A DNA stretch of 63,441 nt, the filler included, from Chiloscyllium plagiosum (taxonomy: Eukaryota), in NCBI RefSeq assembly GCF_004010195.1. It is 5 parts of one record of this genome, joined end to end, with 100 filler letters (N's around TTAATTAATTAA, not from the genome) between each part and the next. Parts side by side here need not be neighbours in the genome. Positions count along the whole stretch, not along the records: positions 1 to 29,898 come from NC_057713.1; 4 more parts are not named here. The stretch is one strand, 5' to 3'. Below the pieces are notes generated by a model. It did no database searches and was not told the DNA's origin. It was given only the letters and a program-made list of their open reading frames with translations. This document shows, one piece after another, positions 13,921-26,744 of the stretch; position 1 is the stretch's first letter; the number at the start of each line of letters is the position of its first letter. The position numbers and the translations under genes were made by a program.

Positions 13921-16659
13921 TACATTAACATCAGCTCATTTATTTTGTTCTCTACTGTAGGTTATTACCACAAATCACAAAGTGAAAGAGAAGACAGCCT
14001 TCCTCCATCTCCAGCACTACATTGGAGGTTGGTAATTCAGACCCATCAGAATGCCAACTGGGCATTCCCCCCACAGTCTAGACAAAGCACAAAGATATTC
14101 ACCTCAGTGAGTGTTCACTCATGATTGGGTTCAGGATCACAATCTGGTGAGTACATCACAGACCTGTTGCCACAGCTGATGGAAGATGCGCAAAACTACA
14201 CTCAAGAATGGTTGTGACCTGCTCAACCCACAAAGAGAACAAGCTTCTGGATTCAGCTACAGCAGACTAGCTGGAAATGCAGAGACATGCAGGGAAACAA
14301 CCAGCAGAGGTGCTGGAGGCCATGCACAGATTGAACAGAAGATGGATGAGTCCATGGAAGTTATGTCTGCTGTCACAGTCTGGCATATGGCTTCATGGCT
14401 GCCTCCATTGAATGGCTGTTGACTGCCTTGGAGACCCATGTCCAGCAGAACATGTGATCACTGTCAGACATACATTCAGATCTGCATTCCATCACTGTAA
14501 ACATAGTTGCAGAACAATTATGGTGAACAGCAGCACATGGCTATCTGCTGAAAATGCCACACAATCAAAGTCGAAACATTCCACGTTTGCCATGATAGAA
14601 TGAAATTATATTGGCGGCTTCGGTTTCTCTCAGTCTAGACGTTTGACAGTTTGATGTAATGATGATAGTTGCTGGTTCATGTCAGTTCAAATAGACATTT
14701 CAATTGAAATCAGTTTCATGGATATTCAATCATAGAAGGCAAAACAAACTAGATTCAACCTTTCCTGCTTTTACTTGTTTTTATGAACTAACCTCAAATT
14801 AAGTGTGAGGCTTGAAACCCTGACCAGATTCCTTACACTGTGCTTCCTATATGTACATTGCAATGAATGGATTTGAAAAGGCCAATTAAGAATTAGTTAA
14901 GAGACATCAATTGTCATTGATCTTTGAAATGTGTTGATTGATTAAGCAGTTGATTTTTGGTAGCACCAGGCTGCACATTCAAAACAACCTTTTCCATCTA
15001 ATTAGTGAAATCATTGATTAATTTGGTAATTATAACTTCATTGTACATTTGTCTTCCCACATCCTGTTTAAAACTTAATCCTGAATAAATAGAACATGCA
15101 AGTGACTAACAACTGTGGCAACTATTGCATTAAAATGTTAAAGGGGAAACAAAGAATAGGAGTGGATAGATCCTAGAATAACACAAGCAATAATTGTCTA
15201 TAGAGCAACAATATTTGATAGACAAGGGGTTAAGCTCACTTCTGTGAGATAACCTTCAGTGAAATGCACTTTCCATTCTGCTGAATAAAAATCAAAATTT
15301 CAATCTAACTCTTGTCACAGCTGATATATCATATGTTCACAAAACTGCTGACTTGCAATCGATTTGGGTCATCTTCTTGAGAGGCAAATGTTGAATTTGA
15401 CTATTACATTGCAGCCCTTCCAGGCAGATATTATGAAAACTCTATTCAGAGTTGGTTAATATTCTGCCTCAAGCATTGTTTGGCAAAATGCACAATTCTT
15501 GGAATTCACATCATTCCACACAACGGAACAATAAGACGCAGTTTGTGAAGAGAAGAAATGTCATAACACTTTAAACTATAATATCAGTTCAGTATTGTAT
15601 GGATTTCAATTCTGGTGCATCTGACCCAGAAAAGAAGCCAGATTGCATTTTTTAATGATTTGGATTGTTTGCTTTTTAAGTATTTGCAACATGAAGAGTA
15701 CAAACCAGATTACTGATGAAGATAAATTTTAGAATCGGCACAAAGTAACAAATTGTTTAGTGCAGGTGGGATTTGTCAAAATAATTTCGTTTCTTGTATT
15801 ATTCTCACTGCTCGTTCTACTCTGCTCCCATTTTGCTCTGACTGCAGCCATTGTGCATAAATGATTAATCTCCCATTGTACTGCAACAGGATGTTGATTT
15901 GCTTTGACCTTTGACCCCAGATATACAACCAATAAAAGCAAGAGAAAGCAAAACTGACAAGTGGAATGGACCTGACAGCATACACTCTTCTCAGCTCTTC
16001 TGCTTGATGAGCTACTCTTAGCGCTCAGTCTAACTGAGCTGCCAATTCGCATTACCACAGCATCAAATAACAATGACAGGCCTTGGCATAATTAACAAAA
16101 ACAGAAGATTGTTCAACCACAATAAAACCATCACAAATGAAGAAACACATTTAGAAGCGACTCATTGATTCAAAATACGGCACAGGTTAATGGCTAACAT
16201 TTTCTCCATAGGTTGATTTGCATTGATCTCTTTTTACTTATTTAAAATCTTTGTAACTAATTACTGTTGGTTAATTGAAAGACATACATTGATTTTTAAA
16301 ATCTGCACCTACTGCAATAACAATATGATAAAAGAAGCATAAGAAACCTGGACTACATTTCTTTTGTAGAATGCAAAGAATGATGAAACTAAATCTATGC
16401 AGATGTAATCCAGCTTCCCTCAGTCTGGTCTTTATTAAGGTGATGGTTATTAGATTCCAGATTTTATATTACTGATGATGACCCACTTTCTAAAGGTAAC
16501 TTGGGCCAGGCAGATAAAGAACAAAATTCCAGATAGTAAGTAAAAGTTGTCAAATGGTTGCTGAGTTAGAAGTGGTGATTCCACTTCATGCAGTGTCCCA
16601 TTTCACGCAGTTTTCTTCTACTCCTGAAAGCATTACTTGATGAAAGAAGAGAGAAGAAC

Positions 16660-18510
16660 TTTGTGGGAGGTTAAGTAAGTGATTTCTGGGCCCCTTCCTG
16701 AAATATTTGCATCAATGACAGCCACAGGTGAGCCGGAAAACTGAAGGTTGGCTAACGTGGTGCCACTATATAAGAAAGGTGGTAAGGAAAAGCCAGGGAA
16801 CTACAGATCAGTGACCCTGATATTAGTTAAAAATCACACAACACCAGGTTATAGTCCAACAGGTTTAATTGGAAGCACACTAGCTTTCGGAGCGACGCTC
16901 CTTCATCAGGTGATTGTGGAGGGCTCAATCGTAACACAGAATTTTTAGCAAAAATTTGCAGTGCTCGATATAATTTCAGTTATATCACACTGCAAATTTT
17001 TGCTATAAATTCTGTGTTACGATTGAGCCCTCCACAATCACCTGATGAAGGAGCGTCGCTCCAAAAGCTAGTGTGCTTCCAATTAAACCTGTTGGACTAT
17101 AACCTGGTGTTGTGTGATTTTTAACTTTGTACACCCCAGTCCAACACCGGCATCTCCGAATCCTGATATTAGTGGTCAGCAAGTTGTTGGAGGGGTTCCT
17201 CGGGGACAAGATTTACATGTATTTAGAAAGGTGAGGACTGATTAGGAACAGTCAACATAACTTTGTGCGTGGGAAATGGTGTCTCACTGATTTAATTGAG
17301 TTTTTTGAAGAAGTAACAAAGAGGATTGATGAAGGCAGCATGGTGGACATGATCTATTTAGACTTCTGTAAGGTTCAACAAAGTTCCTCATGGTAGACAG
17401 GTGAGCAAGGTTAGATCAGATGAAATACAGGGAGAACTAGCCATGTGGATACAACTGGCTGAAAGGTAGGAGACAGAGAGTGGTGATGGAGGGTTGCTTT
17501 TCAGATTGGAGGCCTGTGACCAGCAATGTGATCGGTATTTGGTACACTGCTTTACATCATTAATGTAAATGTTTTGGATGTGAATATAGGAGGTATGTAC
17601 AGTAAGTTTGCAGCTGACAACCAAAATTGGTGGATATTAAAGAAGGTTACCTCAGAATACAAAAGAGCCTTGACAAGATGGGCCAATGGGTTGAGGAGTG
17701 GCAGGTGGAGTTTAATTTAGATATATGTGAGGTGCTGCATTTCAGGGCAAGTCAGGGCAGGATTTATATACTTAATGCTAAGGTGCTGGGGAGTGTTGCT
17801 GAACAGAGACCTTGGAGTGCAGGTTCATTGTTCCTTGTAAGTGGAGTTGAAGATAGACAGGATAGTGAAGGCAATGATTTGGCATGATTGCCTTTCATGG
17901 TCATTGCATTAAGTGCAGGAGTTGGGAGATCACATTTGAGCTGTACAGGACATTTGGAATGCTGCGTTCAATTCTGATCTTCCTGCTATCAGAAGAATGT
18001 TGTGAAACTTGAAAGGGTTCAGAAAAAGATTTACAAGGATGTTGCCAGAGGTGGAGGTTTCAGCTGTAAGGAGAGGCTGAATAGACTAGGGCTGTTTTCC
18101 CTGGAGCGTTGGACGCTGAGGGGTGACTTTATAGAGGTTGATAAATTTAAGTGGGCCATGGATAGGATAAATAGGCAAAGTTTTTTTTCCCTGGGGTGGG
18201 GGAGTCCAGAACTAGAGGGCATAGTTTAAAGATTAGAGGGAAAGTATTTAAAAGGGATGTAAGGGGCAATGTTTTTTATGCAGAGTGTGGTTGTATATGG
18301 AATGAGCTGCCAGAGGAAGTGATGGAGGCAAATACAATTACAACATTTCAAAGGCACCTGGATGGGTATATGAATAGGAAGGGTTCAGAGGGATATGGGC
18401 CAAATGCTGGTAAAAGGGACTAAATTTATTTAGGATATCTGGTCAGCATGGAGGAGTTGGACCAAAAGGTCTGTTTTCGTGCTGTACAGCTCTATAATTC
18501 TATGACTCTA
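16660..18510 (+). mobile_element. CR1 LINE ORF2 remnant to 3' tail, interrupted by a PLE palindrome
   Basis: ANVVPLYKKGGKEKPGNYRSV, WQVEFNL, GESRTRGHSLK, CTATGA tail. Confidence 0.9.
16828..17161. mobile_element. Palindromic PLE end insertion with 12-bp TSD
   Basis: 139-bp inverted arms at 16825-16963 and 16988-17126; TSD CCTGATATTAGT at 16816-16827 and 17162-17173; CTGATGA-AGGAGC-GTC-GCTCC-GAAA core. Confidence 0.85.
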
Positions 18511-19079
18511 AGAACATGTACATATTTTCAAATTGCATTTGAAGAAATGCAGTACAAATAAATAGCAATTGAATACATTTTCAAAAAGTGAACTTATCTA
18601 AACAGCAGTAAATATAAAACCACAATATAAAGAGAAAGTGGTGTTATTGAATAATTAACATCAGCTCCTGTACCAAATCACTATCCAGAAATCCTTGCTG
18701 GAAGCAGATATGTGTGAATGTTGGGTGAGGAGATAGGGTCAGTTTCTTTGTGATGCCACCTCCCCCAAATAACAGAACAAAAATAGGAATGCAAGTAGCC
18801 TTCAGCTTGCATCTGACAGTCAATAAATTCTTGGCTGATCTTTAACGTCAATACCATTTACTCACATAACCCCTATATTCCTGATTCCCCTCCAGTCCAA
18901 AAATCTATTGATCTCACCCTTGATCAACTCAGCCACTGAATATCCACAGCCCTCATGGGTGAAGAATTCCAAAGATTCATAATCATCCAAGTTAAACAAT
19001 CTCAGTCTGAAATAATTGATCGCTGCTCAGAAATTATGATCCCTGACAAACAAAACTCTCCAGTGACAGAAATATATGT

Positions 19080-19960
19080 ACAACAGTCAAATTTTCTGAT
19101 TACACAAAAATAGGTGGCAAGACAAGTGGTGAGGATTACACGTGAACTTTCCAATGGGACATAGTCAAGTTAAGCGAGTGGGCAAAAACTTTACACATAG
19201 AATATAACGTGGGGAAATACAAGGTTATGCATTTTTACAGGAAGACTAGAGGAGCTGGAAATTATCTAAATGAGGAAAAACTGCTGCAGCAAAGAGGGAT
19301 ATGGGAGTTCTCATGCATAAACTATGAAAATACCAGCATCCAAATTCAGTGGATTGCAAGGAAGGCAAATGAAATATTGGCCTTGATGAAACTACACAAG
19401 GAACAAATCAGACACCTAGAGTACTGTGAAAAGTTTTGGTCCCTTATCTAATCTAAGATATATTGGCATGGGAGGAAGTCCAGAGAAAGTACATTAAGTT
19501 GATCCTGGGCATGGAGGGATTTTCTTATTAGAAATGATTGAGCATATTGGGTTTGTACTCACTGGAGTTGAGAAGAATAAAAGGAAACTTTATTGAAATA
19601 TATCAGGGGCTTGAGAGAGTGAATGCAGAGAGGTTGTTTTGCTTGTGGAGGAATCTCACAGTAAGGATTTAATGTAATTAAATAAATACAACTTTATTAC
19701 AGAATTGAAGATGAATTTGTTCTCTTAAATAGTAATGTATCTGTGGAATTCTTTACTGCAGATTATTGCCAAGGGTGATTCGATAAGAATATTCCAGGGT
19801 CAGACAGATTTTTAATGAGTAATGGAATCAAAGGTTATAGAGATAAGGCAGGAAAGTGGAGTTGAGGATTATCAGATCAGCCATGATCACATTGAATGGC
19901 AGAGCAGACTCAACTGGCCAAATGAGCATACTTCTGCTCCTACATCTTATAGTCTAACAG
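19080..19960 (+). mobile_element. Old CR1 RT-to-3' remnant
   Basis: KFSDYTKIGG, HLEYCEKFWS and typical 3' UTR GATCAGCCATGATCACATTGAATGGC. Confidence 0.7.
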
Positions 19961-20714
19961 CATTACTGATTGATTTTCCACGTTTTACTTCCTTTAAACT
20001 TAAGGTTATCCAAATCCCTGCTGCTTGAATCTGAACTTACAGCAAGTCCGGTTCCCTTAAATCTGATGGACTTATAATTCACACCATCAGGCAGCATGTT
20101 TATCCACTCCTGGTAGGAGTTATAAATAGCCCTCTTGGTCTTATTCAATATTTAGTGACTCATTTAGTGACCTACCATTAATATCCTAATCTGCATGGCA
20201 AAAGCTAGAATATTTCTGCAAATTGAGATCGTGCATATACTGGAGTACTAGTTTATTTTGAGGATCCGAACATTCACACAGATTAAATGTCCTTCTTTTT
20301 ACCTAAAATGATTTGAACTGAGGTAGGTTGCAGAAGTAGGAACTGTTCTTGGAGAGATGGCAGCTGAGAGGAGATTTACTAGAGGTTTTAAAATCATGAT
20401 CAGATTGGATAGAGTAGATAGGGGGAAGCTGTTCCCATTCGTAAAAGGAACAAGAACAATAGGGCACATATGTAAAGTGATGTGCAAGTGAAGCAATGCT
20501 GAAGTGAGAAAGAAACGATTTCACATAGCAAGTAATTAGGGTATGGAATGGAATGCACTGCCTGGAAATGTGGTGGAGGCAGTTTCAATTGAGGCATTCA
20601 AGAATGCATAGGATGATTATTTGGACAGAAATGTTGTGCAGGATATGAGGAAAAGGCAAGAGGTTAGCACTATATAATAATGGGTTGAAAAGCATAGCAC
20701 TGGAAAGGCACAGC

Positions 20715-21772
20715 AATCCTTGGCAGAGCAGGGGAGGGAGTTGAAGTGGTCGGCCACAGGGCAGTGCGGTTGTTTGGTCCATGTATTCCAGAGATGTTTC
20801 CTGAAATGTTCCACGAGTTGTTGTCCTGTCTCCCCAATGAAAAGGAGACCACATCGAGAGCAACAGACACAGCAGATGAGGAGTTTGGATGTGCAGGAAA
20901 ATTTCTGCTGGATGTAAAAAGATCCTTTGGAGCCTTGGATGGAGGTGAGGGGGGAAGGTGTGGGCACAGGCTTTACACCTCTTGTGGCAGCATTGTAAGG
21001 TGCTGGGAGTGGAGGGTGGGTTAGTAGGGGCGTGGACCTAACAAGGGAGTCGCAGGTGGAATGGTCTCTGCAAATGGTGAAAGGGGTGAGAAGGGAAATA
21101 TAGGGCCTGAGTGTAGGTGGCAGAAATAAAGGAGAATGATGTGCTGTATTCGGAGATTGGTAAGGTGGAAGGCAAAGACTTTGGGTTCCTATCCTTTCTG
21201 CAGTTGGAGGGTTGGGGTTCAAGGATGGAGGTGCAGGAAGTGCAGGAAATGTACTGGAGGACATTGTTGACCACGTGGGAGGGGAACTGCAGTCCTTGAA
21301 GTAGGAGGCCATCTGGGATGTTCTGGAGTGGAATTGTTCCTCCTGGGAACAGATATGGCAGAGGCAGAGGAATTGAGAGTAAAGGATCACATTTTTACAG
21401 AAGGGGGTGTGGGAGGTGTAGTCCAGATAGCTGTGGGAGTCAGTGAGTTTGATGTAGATGGCCGTGTTGAGTCAGTGACCGGAAACAAAGACGGAGGTGT
21501 CCCAGATGGTCCAGGTGAACTTGTGGTCAGGGTGGAAGGTGGTTGTGAAGTTGATGAACTGTTCAACCTCCTCTTGGGAGCACGAGGTATGTCCGATACA
21601 GCATCAATGTAGCGGAGGAAAATGGTGCCAGTGTAACTACAGAAGATGGACTGTTCCACGTATCTGACTAAGAGGCAGGCATAGCCAGGGCCCATGTAGG
21701 TACCCATGGCTACCCCTTTGGTCTGAAGGAAGTGGGAGGATTCGAAAGAGAAGTTGTTGAGGGTGCGGACCA
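20715..21772 (-). mobile_element. Penelope-like element ORF remnant (RT C-terminus plus GIY-YIG endonuclease)
   Basis: GVAMGTYMGPGYACL, FLRYID, SQFLCLCHICS, LICCVCCSRCGLLFIGETGQQLVEHFRKH, PVADHFNS. Confidence 0.85.
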
Positions 21773-22635
21773 GACTATATAATAATGCTCATTTGAAGAG
21801 CAGGTGCAGGAATGATGGGCTGAATGGCCTCCTCTAACAATTTTGTGATTATTAGTTTGAAATGTTATCCATATTAACACAATGCACAGTTTTAATGAGT
21901 GGCTTTATTATAAGTGGCCAGTCAGGTAGATAGGGGACTAAACGTCTGCAAATCAACTTCCCAGCTCAGCAAACATGCCTACAACCATGACAACTGGCAC
22001 CTGAGCTACAAACTTTTACACAAACCTTGAAGACTTTCCCATATGTTAGCACTGCAAAGTCAGGAATGAGCAGGTCCACTGCATTGTCACTTTGTTCTCC
22101 TGATGTGCAAATGTAGACATCAGAAGCAAATAAACCATTCAAAGCTACCTTTCTATTGAAATGGCAAAGGGTAAATGGAGCGGATTGAGGTATATTTTCC
22201 TGGTCTGCCTGGCTTTGTTCTTGGAAAATTAAATATCAGAAGCAATTAATTAAAATACCTGCAACTTAGGGATTTTAAACAGACTTGACTTCAACTGGTA
22301 GCGCCTGGTTGAAAGATAAGTCCTCCATAAATTTCACAAGAGCAGTCAAAAGGTTAAAGGGGTTAGTATTATACAAAGTTGTATTTATTATTCATTTGAC
22401 AATGAAATATATAGAACAGCTGGTCAGCTCACTAATGCGATTATGAAATACTCATGACTCAGATATTGCTGGAAAATTTATTATGACATTTTTGAAAATG
22501 TAATTACTTTCACGGCAATGATTATAAAGCCATTATAACTTCACAGCATTCATGTTCTCAATGACTTCTCAAAGTCATTTTAAATTTTAATGATTTATTT
22601 GTAATTTTTTTCCAACAAGCTAGTTCTTAATTGTC

Positions 22636-23865
22636 GAGAGAGTAGTGCTGGAAAAGCATAGCAGGTCAGGCAGCATCCAAGGAGCAGGAAAATTGACATT
22701 TCATGCAAGAGCCCTTCATCAGGAATAAGGTTTGTGAGCCAAAGGGGTAGAGAGATGATTGGGAGAAGAGTTGGGCTGGGGGTAAGTAGTTGAGAGTGCG
22801 ATAGGTAGATGGAGGTGGGGGGTAATGTTGATAGGTCGGAGAGGTGGGTGGAGCGGATAGGTGGGAAGGAAGGTGGACAAGTAGGACAGGTCATGAGGGC
22901 TGTGCCTAATTGTAAGGGTGGAACTGGGATAAGGTGGGGGAGGGGAAATAAGGAAACTAGTGGCATCAATGTGGACTTCACCAGTTTCCTCATTTCCCCT
23001 CCCCCACCTCACCCCAGTTCCAACATTCCAGCTCAGTACTGTCCCCATGACCATTGTACTTTTTGCTACTTTCCCCCACCCTCCTCTCTGACCTATCACC
23101 TCCATCCCCACCCCCATTCACCTACTGTACTCTTTGCTACCTTCTCCCCAGCCCCACCCTCTCCATTTATCTCTCCACTCTGCCTTTATTTCTGATGAAG
23201 GGCTTTTGCCGGGAACGTCGATTTTCCTGCTCCTCGGATGCTGCCTGACCTGCTGTGCTTTTCCAGCACCACTCTAACCTAAAGTCCACGTTGAGGCGTG
23301 TGGTTGGAGGGTCCCATGGTGGAAGATGAGGCATTCTTCTTCCTGGTGTCAGGTGTTTAGGGTGTGGCGATGGAGGAGGCCCAGAAACCTGCATGTCCTT
23401 GGTGGAGTGGGAAGGGGAGTTGAAGTGTTCGGCCACGGGGCGGTGGGCTTGGTTGGTGCAGATGTCCTGGAGATATTCTCTGAAGCGCTCTACAGGTATG
23501 TGGACTTCACTAGTTTCTTTATTTCCCCTCCCCCCACTTTATCCCAGTTCCAAATTTCCAACTTGGTACCACCCTCATGATCTGTCCTACCTGTCCATCT
23601 TCTGTCCCAACCATTCCGCTCCACCCTCCTCTCCAACCTATCAACATTACCCACACCTATCACACTCTCAGTTAGATTCCCTCCAGCCCCAACCCCCTCC
23701 CATTTATCTCTACCCCTTCAGCTCACAAGCCTCATTCCTGATGAAGGGCTCTTGCCCAAAACATCAATTCATCTGCTCCTCGAATGCTGCCTGACCTGCT
23801 GTGCTTTTCAAGCACCACACTTTCAACTCTGATCTCTAGCATCTGCAGTCTTCACGTTCTCCTCA
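22636..23865. mobile_element. Cluster of PLE 3' ends in alternating orientation, with a GIY-YIG C-terminal fragment
   Basis: pLTR copies on minus (about 22636-22990) and plus (about 22975-23280, 23495-23865); VAEHFNSPSHS on minus; three hammerhead-like cores. Confidence 0.75.
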
Positions 23866-24067
23866 TTCTTAAATGTTACAAATAACTTGATTCGAGGCAA
23901 ATTCACAAATTCTCTTTAGAGGGTAAATACTCAAAAGTATCCAAGTTTTTTAGTTGTATAATACTTCTGTAAAATTGCATGTCAGAGTTAAGTAGAAAGA
24001 AATATAATCAGGCCATAATTAATGCAACAAAAGTTTTGTTGAGCCCTAAGAGCATAAAACCTAGTTG

Positions 24068-24296
24068 AATATAAGTCAGCTTGATGAGCTGAAGGTTTGT
24101 TTTCAGACGTTTCGTCACTATGACCAGGTAACATCATTAGTGAGAGCCTCCGGTGAAGTGCTGGCTTCACCAGAGGCTCTCCCTGATGATGTTACCTAGG
24201 TGATGGTGATGAAACATCTGAAAACAAACTTTTCAGTTCAGCAAGCTAACCTATATTTATATCATCAACCTGAGCTACAAATCTACTCAAAAACTG
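24068..24296. mobile_element. Palindromic PLE end of another family, with 14-bp TSD
   Basis: TSD ATAAAACCTAGTTG at 24054-24067 and 24297-24310; imperfect inverted arms centred near 24160; CTGATGA-TGTTACC..GGTGAT-GAAACATC. Confidence 0.8.
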
Positions 24297-24516
24297 ATAA
24301 AACCTAGTTGGTGTAATTAGCAAATATGTGACAAATACCTCTCACTTTACAACCAGAATTAAGAAAATTCCACCAAAAAAACAACTATTTACAAGACAGA
24401 TCGAGCAGTCTTATGCAGGGAATTAAGGATAATATTAGCCAAAAAAGTAGAGAATTATAAGGTCGCCAATAATAGTAGTAAGTCTGAAGACTGGAAATGT
24501 TTTATAAGCCAGCAAA

Positions 24517-25218
24517 TGTTATGACACAGGATAAACCCCATCTGTTAATTTTAAACAAGCAACACAGAAAAGATTTATCACATGCAGCAATCTGTGAAAA
24601 TTCGAGAGGTCAAGCACTATTGAAAGTAAAAAGTAAAAATTTCTTTTTCTTAAAGTATAACAGAGAATAATTAACTGACAACTATTTACAACTTTTTCCT
24701 CTGACCTATCTTTTATTGTCCCTTCTATAATACCAATCTGATAAAAATCCCTGATTAAGATTTACTGAAAAATTCGAATTTCAAAACGAGCCAGCTGTTA
24801 AATCTTCTCTTTCTATCTTCCTCTGTAGATTTGCTCTCCAGGTCAGTGTTGATGTTTTTCCTCTGTGCAAACTCCTTCTCGAACAGATACCTCTCAGACA
24901 GTTCTGACTAACAGTCTACAGTTGTTGGTCTATTGGCAGTTCTCCCCCAACTGTTCAATTTTTCCCAGTCTTATAACCTCAAAGCATCGAATTGTGTCAT
25001 TTGCTTTTAATATTGTCAATACACTAAATACAAACTTAATTGGAGTTTTTTTTTGTGGAGTACCATTTAAAATGATTGGCCTCATTCAAATTGTTTTTTG
25101 CAACCAGCTGCTAGACCAAATGTAACATTGTATCTTGTTGAGAATCCTTGGTGCTGTTAAATAGTTCTGCTAGCTTTTAAATTTCTTAAAGGTGCGGTAC
25201 ACCCACATCTTCATTAAA
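24517..25218 (-). repeat. 3' LTR of the Gypsy element
   Basis: Starts TGTTATGA on plus and is colinear with 28043-28745; preceded on minus by purine tract AAGAGAAAGG (PPT). Confidence 0.85.
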
Positions 25219-25318
25219 CCTTTCTCTTAAGAAAAACACATTACCCTAACATACAGGTAACTTTAATTTAAGTTCATCTTAACCTCTTCCTGTATACCTA
25301 CATTAAAAAATACAAATC

Positions 25319-26015
25319 TCATCTAAACTTTATTCTTACAACTGGTAACATGTACAAATTTAAATTAAAATTCTGTAACATAAGACTCCAATGAAATAGT
25401 CTCATATTCTTGTTTTTAAAGCATTCTAAGAATGTAAGAGGATTGTGATCCATGTACCCCACCGTCTCTGACACATTGTTTGTGACATACGCATTAAAAT
25501 GTTGTAAGGCCAGTATCAAACTCAATTGTTCTTTTTTGATTGTGGAGTGTTTCCTTTGGTGGATGTTGATCTTCTAAAAGTAGCCAAATGTCAGTTCAAT
25601 CCCATCCTCACCTTCCTGTAGCAGTACAGCTCCAACTCCTATGTCACTCGCATCAAAAAGGTTTGGAAAAGTTTGGTGTAGCTAAAACTGGTTTGGTGGT
25701 TAATACTGATTTCAAATGGTTGAATGCCTCCTGGCATGGTTCTGTCCACCAAAACGTTGTGTTCTTCTTCAGCAAATCGGTTAATGGTGCCACTACACTG
25801 CTGAAGTTTGGAACAAGCTTCCGATAGAATCCATTGAGTCCTAAGAATCGAAGCAGCTCTTTGTTTGAGGTTGGTTGTGGAAATTCCTCAATGGCCTTGG
25901 TCTTTGCGTTCCATGGGGTCAACCTTCCATGACTGATGTTATGTCCCACGAACGTCAACTCTGCTTTCGCGAATTCCATTTCATTGAAGTTTATCACTGT
26001 CGTTTTGATTCTCAT
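25319..26015 (-). pseudogene. Gypsy RT thumb / RNase H remnant
   Basis: LTFVGHNI, LLRFLGLNGFYRKLVPNFSSVVAPLTDLLKK, PVLATPNFSKPF, DHNPLTFL, RLFHWSLMLQNF. Confidence 0.85.
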
Positions 26016-26024
26016 AGTCGTTCA

Positions 26025-26742
26025 AGAGAATAGGAGGTATGACACTACAAAACCAAGAGTGGAGAACACTGGCAAGACTTTACCACAGGATAAAGAAGCC
26101 CAAGAGGGTGGAAAGGAGGCGAATGGCCTCAGGTGTTTTCACTGTAATGGAGTGGGACACAGAAAATTAAAGTGCCAGTGGTTTCAGATGGGCATTGGGA
26201 AAAGGTGTTTCACCGCCAGGAGGTGGGACATGTAAAGACACAGTGCTGGTCATTAAGAAAGATGCTGTGCAAAAAGATGTGGTAAAAGAAGCTAAGCCAG
26301 TGGCATTAGTGAAGGAGACCCCAAGAAGAGCTGAGGAGCTGCAGTAGAGTGCACAGCCTAGGCAGGGATTGGGTATGGAGTTAGTACCCGATCTCTACAA
26401 AGTATTTGCCTCTGTGGGTAAAGTTTCCTCAGAAAGAACAGGGGAAAAGGACAAGAAGTTATAATTTTGAGAGATACAGGATCTAACCAGTTGCCGATAG
26501 TAAGGGATGAGCAAATACGCACTCTTTCTGATCTGTTACCGAGGGTGTGGTAATTTGTGGGACAGATGGACAGAAATTTAGCGTTCCCCTATGTGAGATC
26601 AGGTTGGAGTGCCAACTTAAGACTGGGGAACTTAGAGTGGAGTGATTGACAGAGTGTCAGTTCCAGGAATTCATTTTGTTCTTGGGAATGATTTAGCAGG
26701 GTCCAAGGTGGAAGTGACACCCATTGATGTGGAGAAGCCCAA
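26025..26742 (+). pseudogene. Inverted gag C-terminus (zinc knuckles) plus protease remnant
   Basis: CFHCNGVGHRKLKC; ATTTTGAGAGATACAGGATCT = ILRDTGS at about 26464-26484; FVLGNDLAG. Confidence 0.8.
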
Positions 26743-26744
26743 GG

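Noticed and set aside
20617..21390. 257-aa ORF as a possible host gene
   Set aside because: Frameshifted PLE RT/GIY-YIG remnant.
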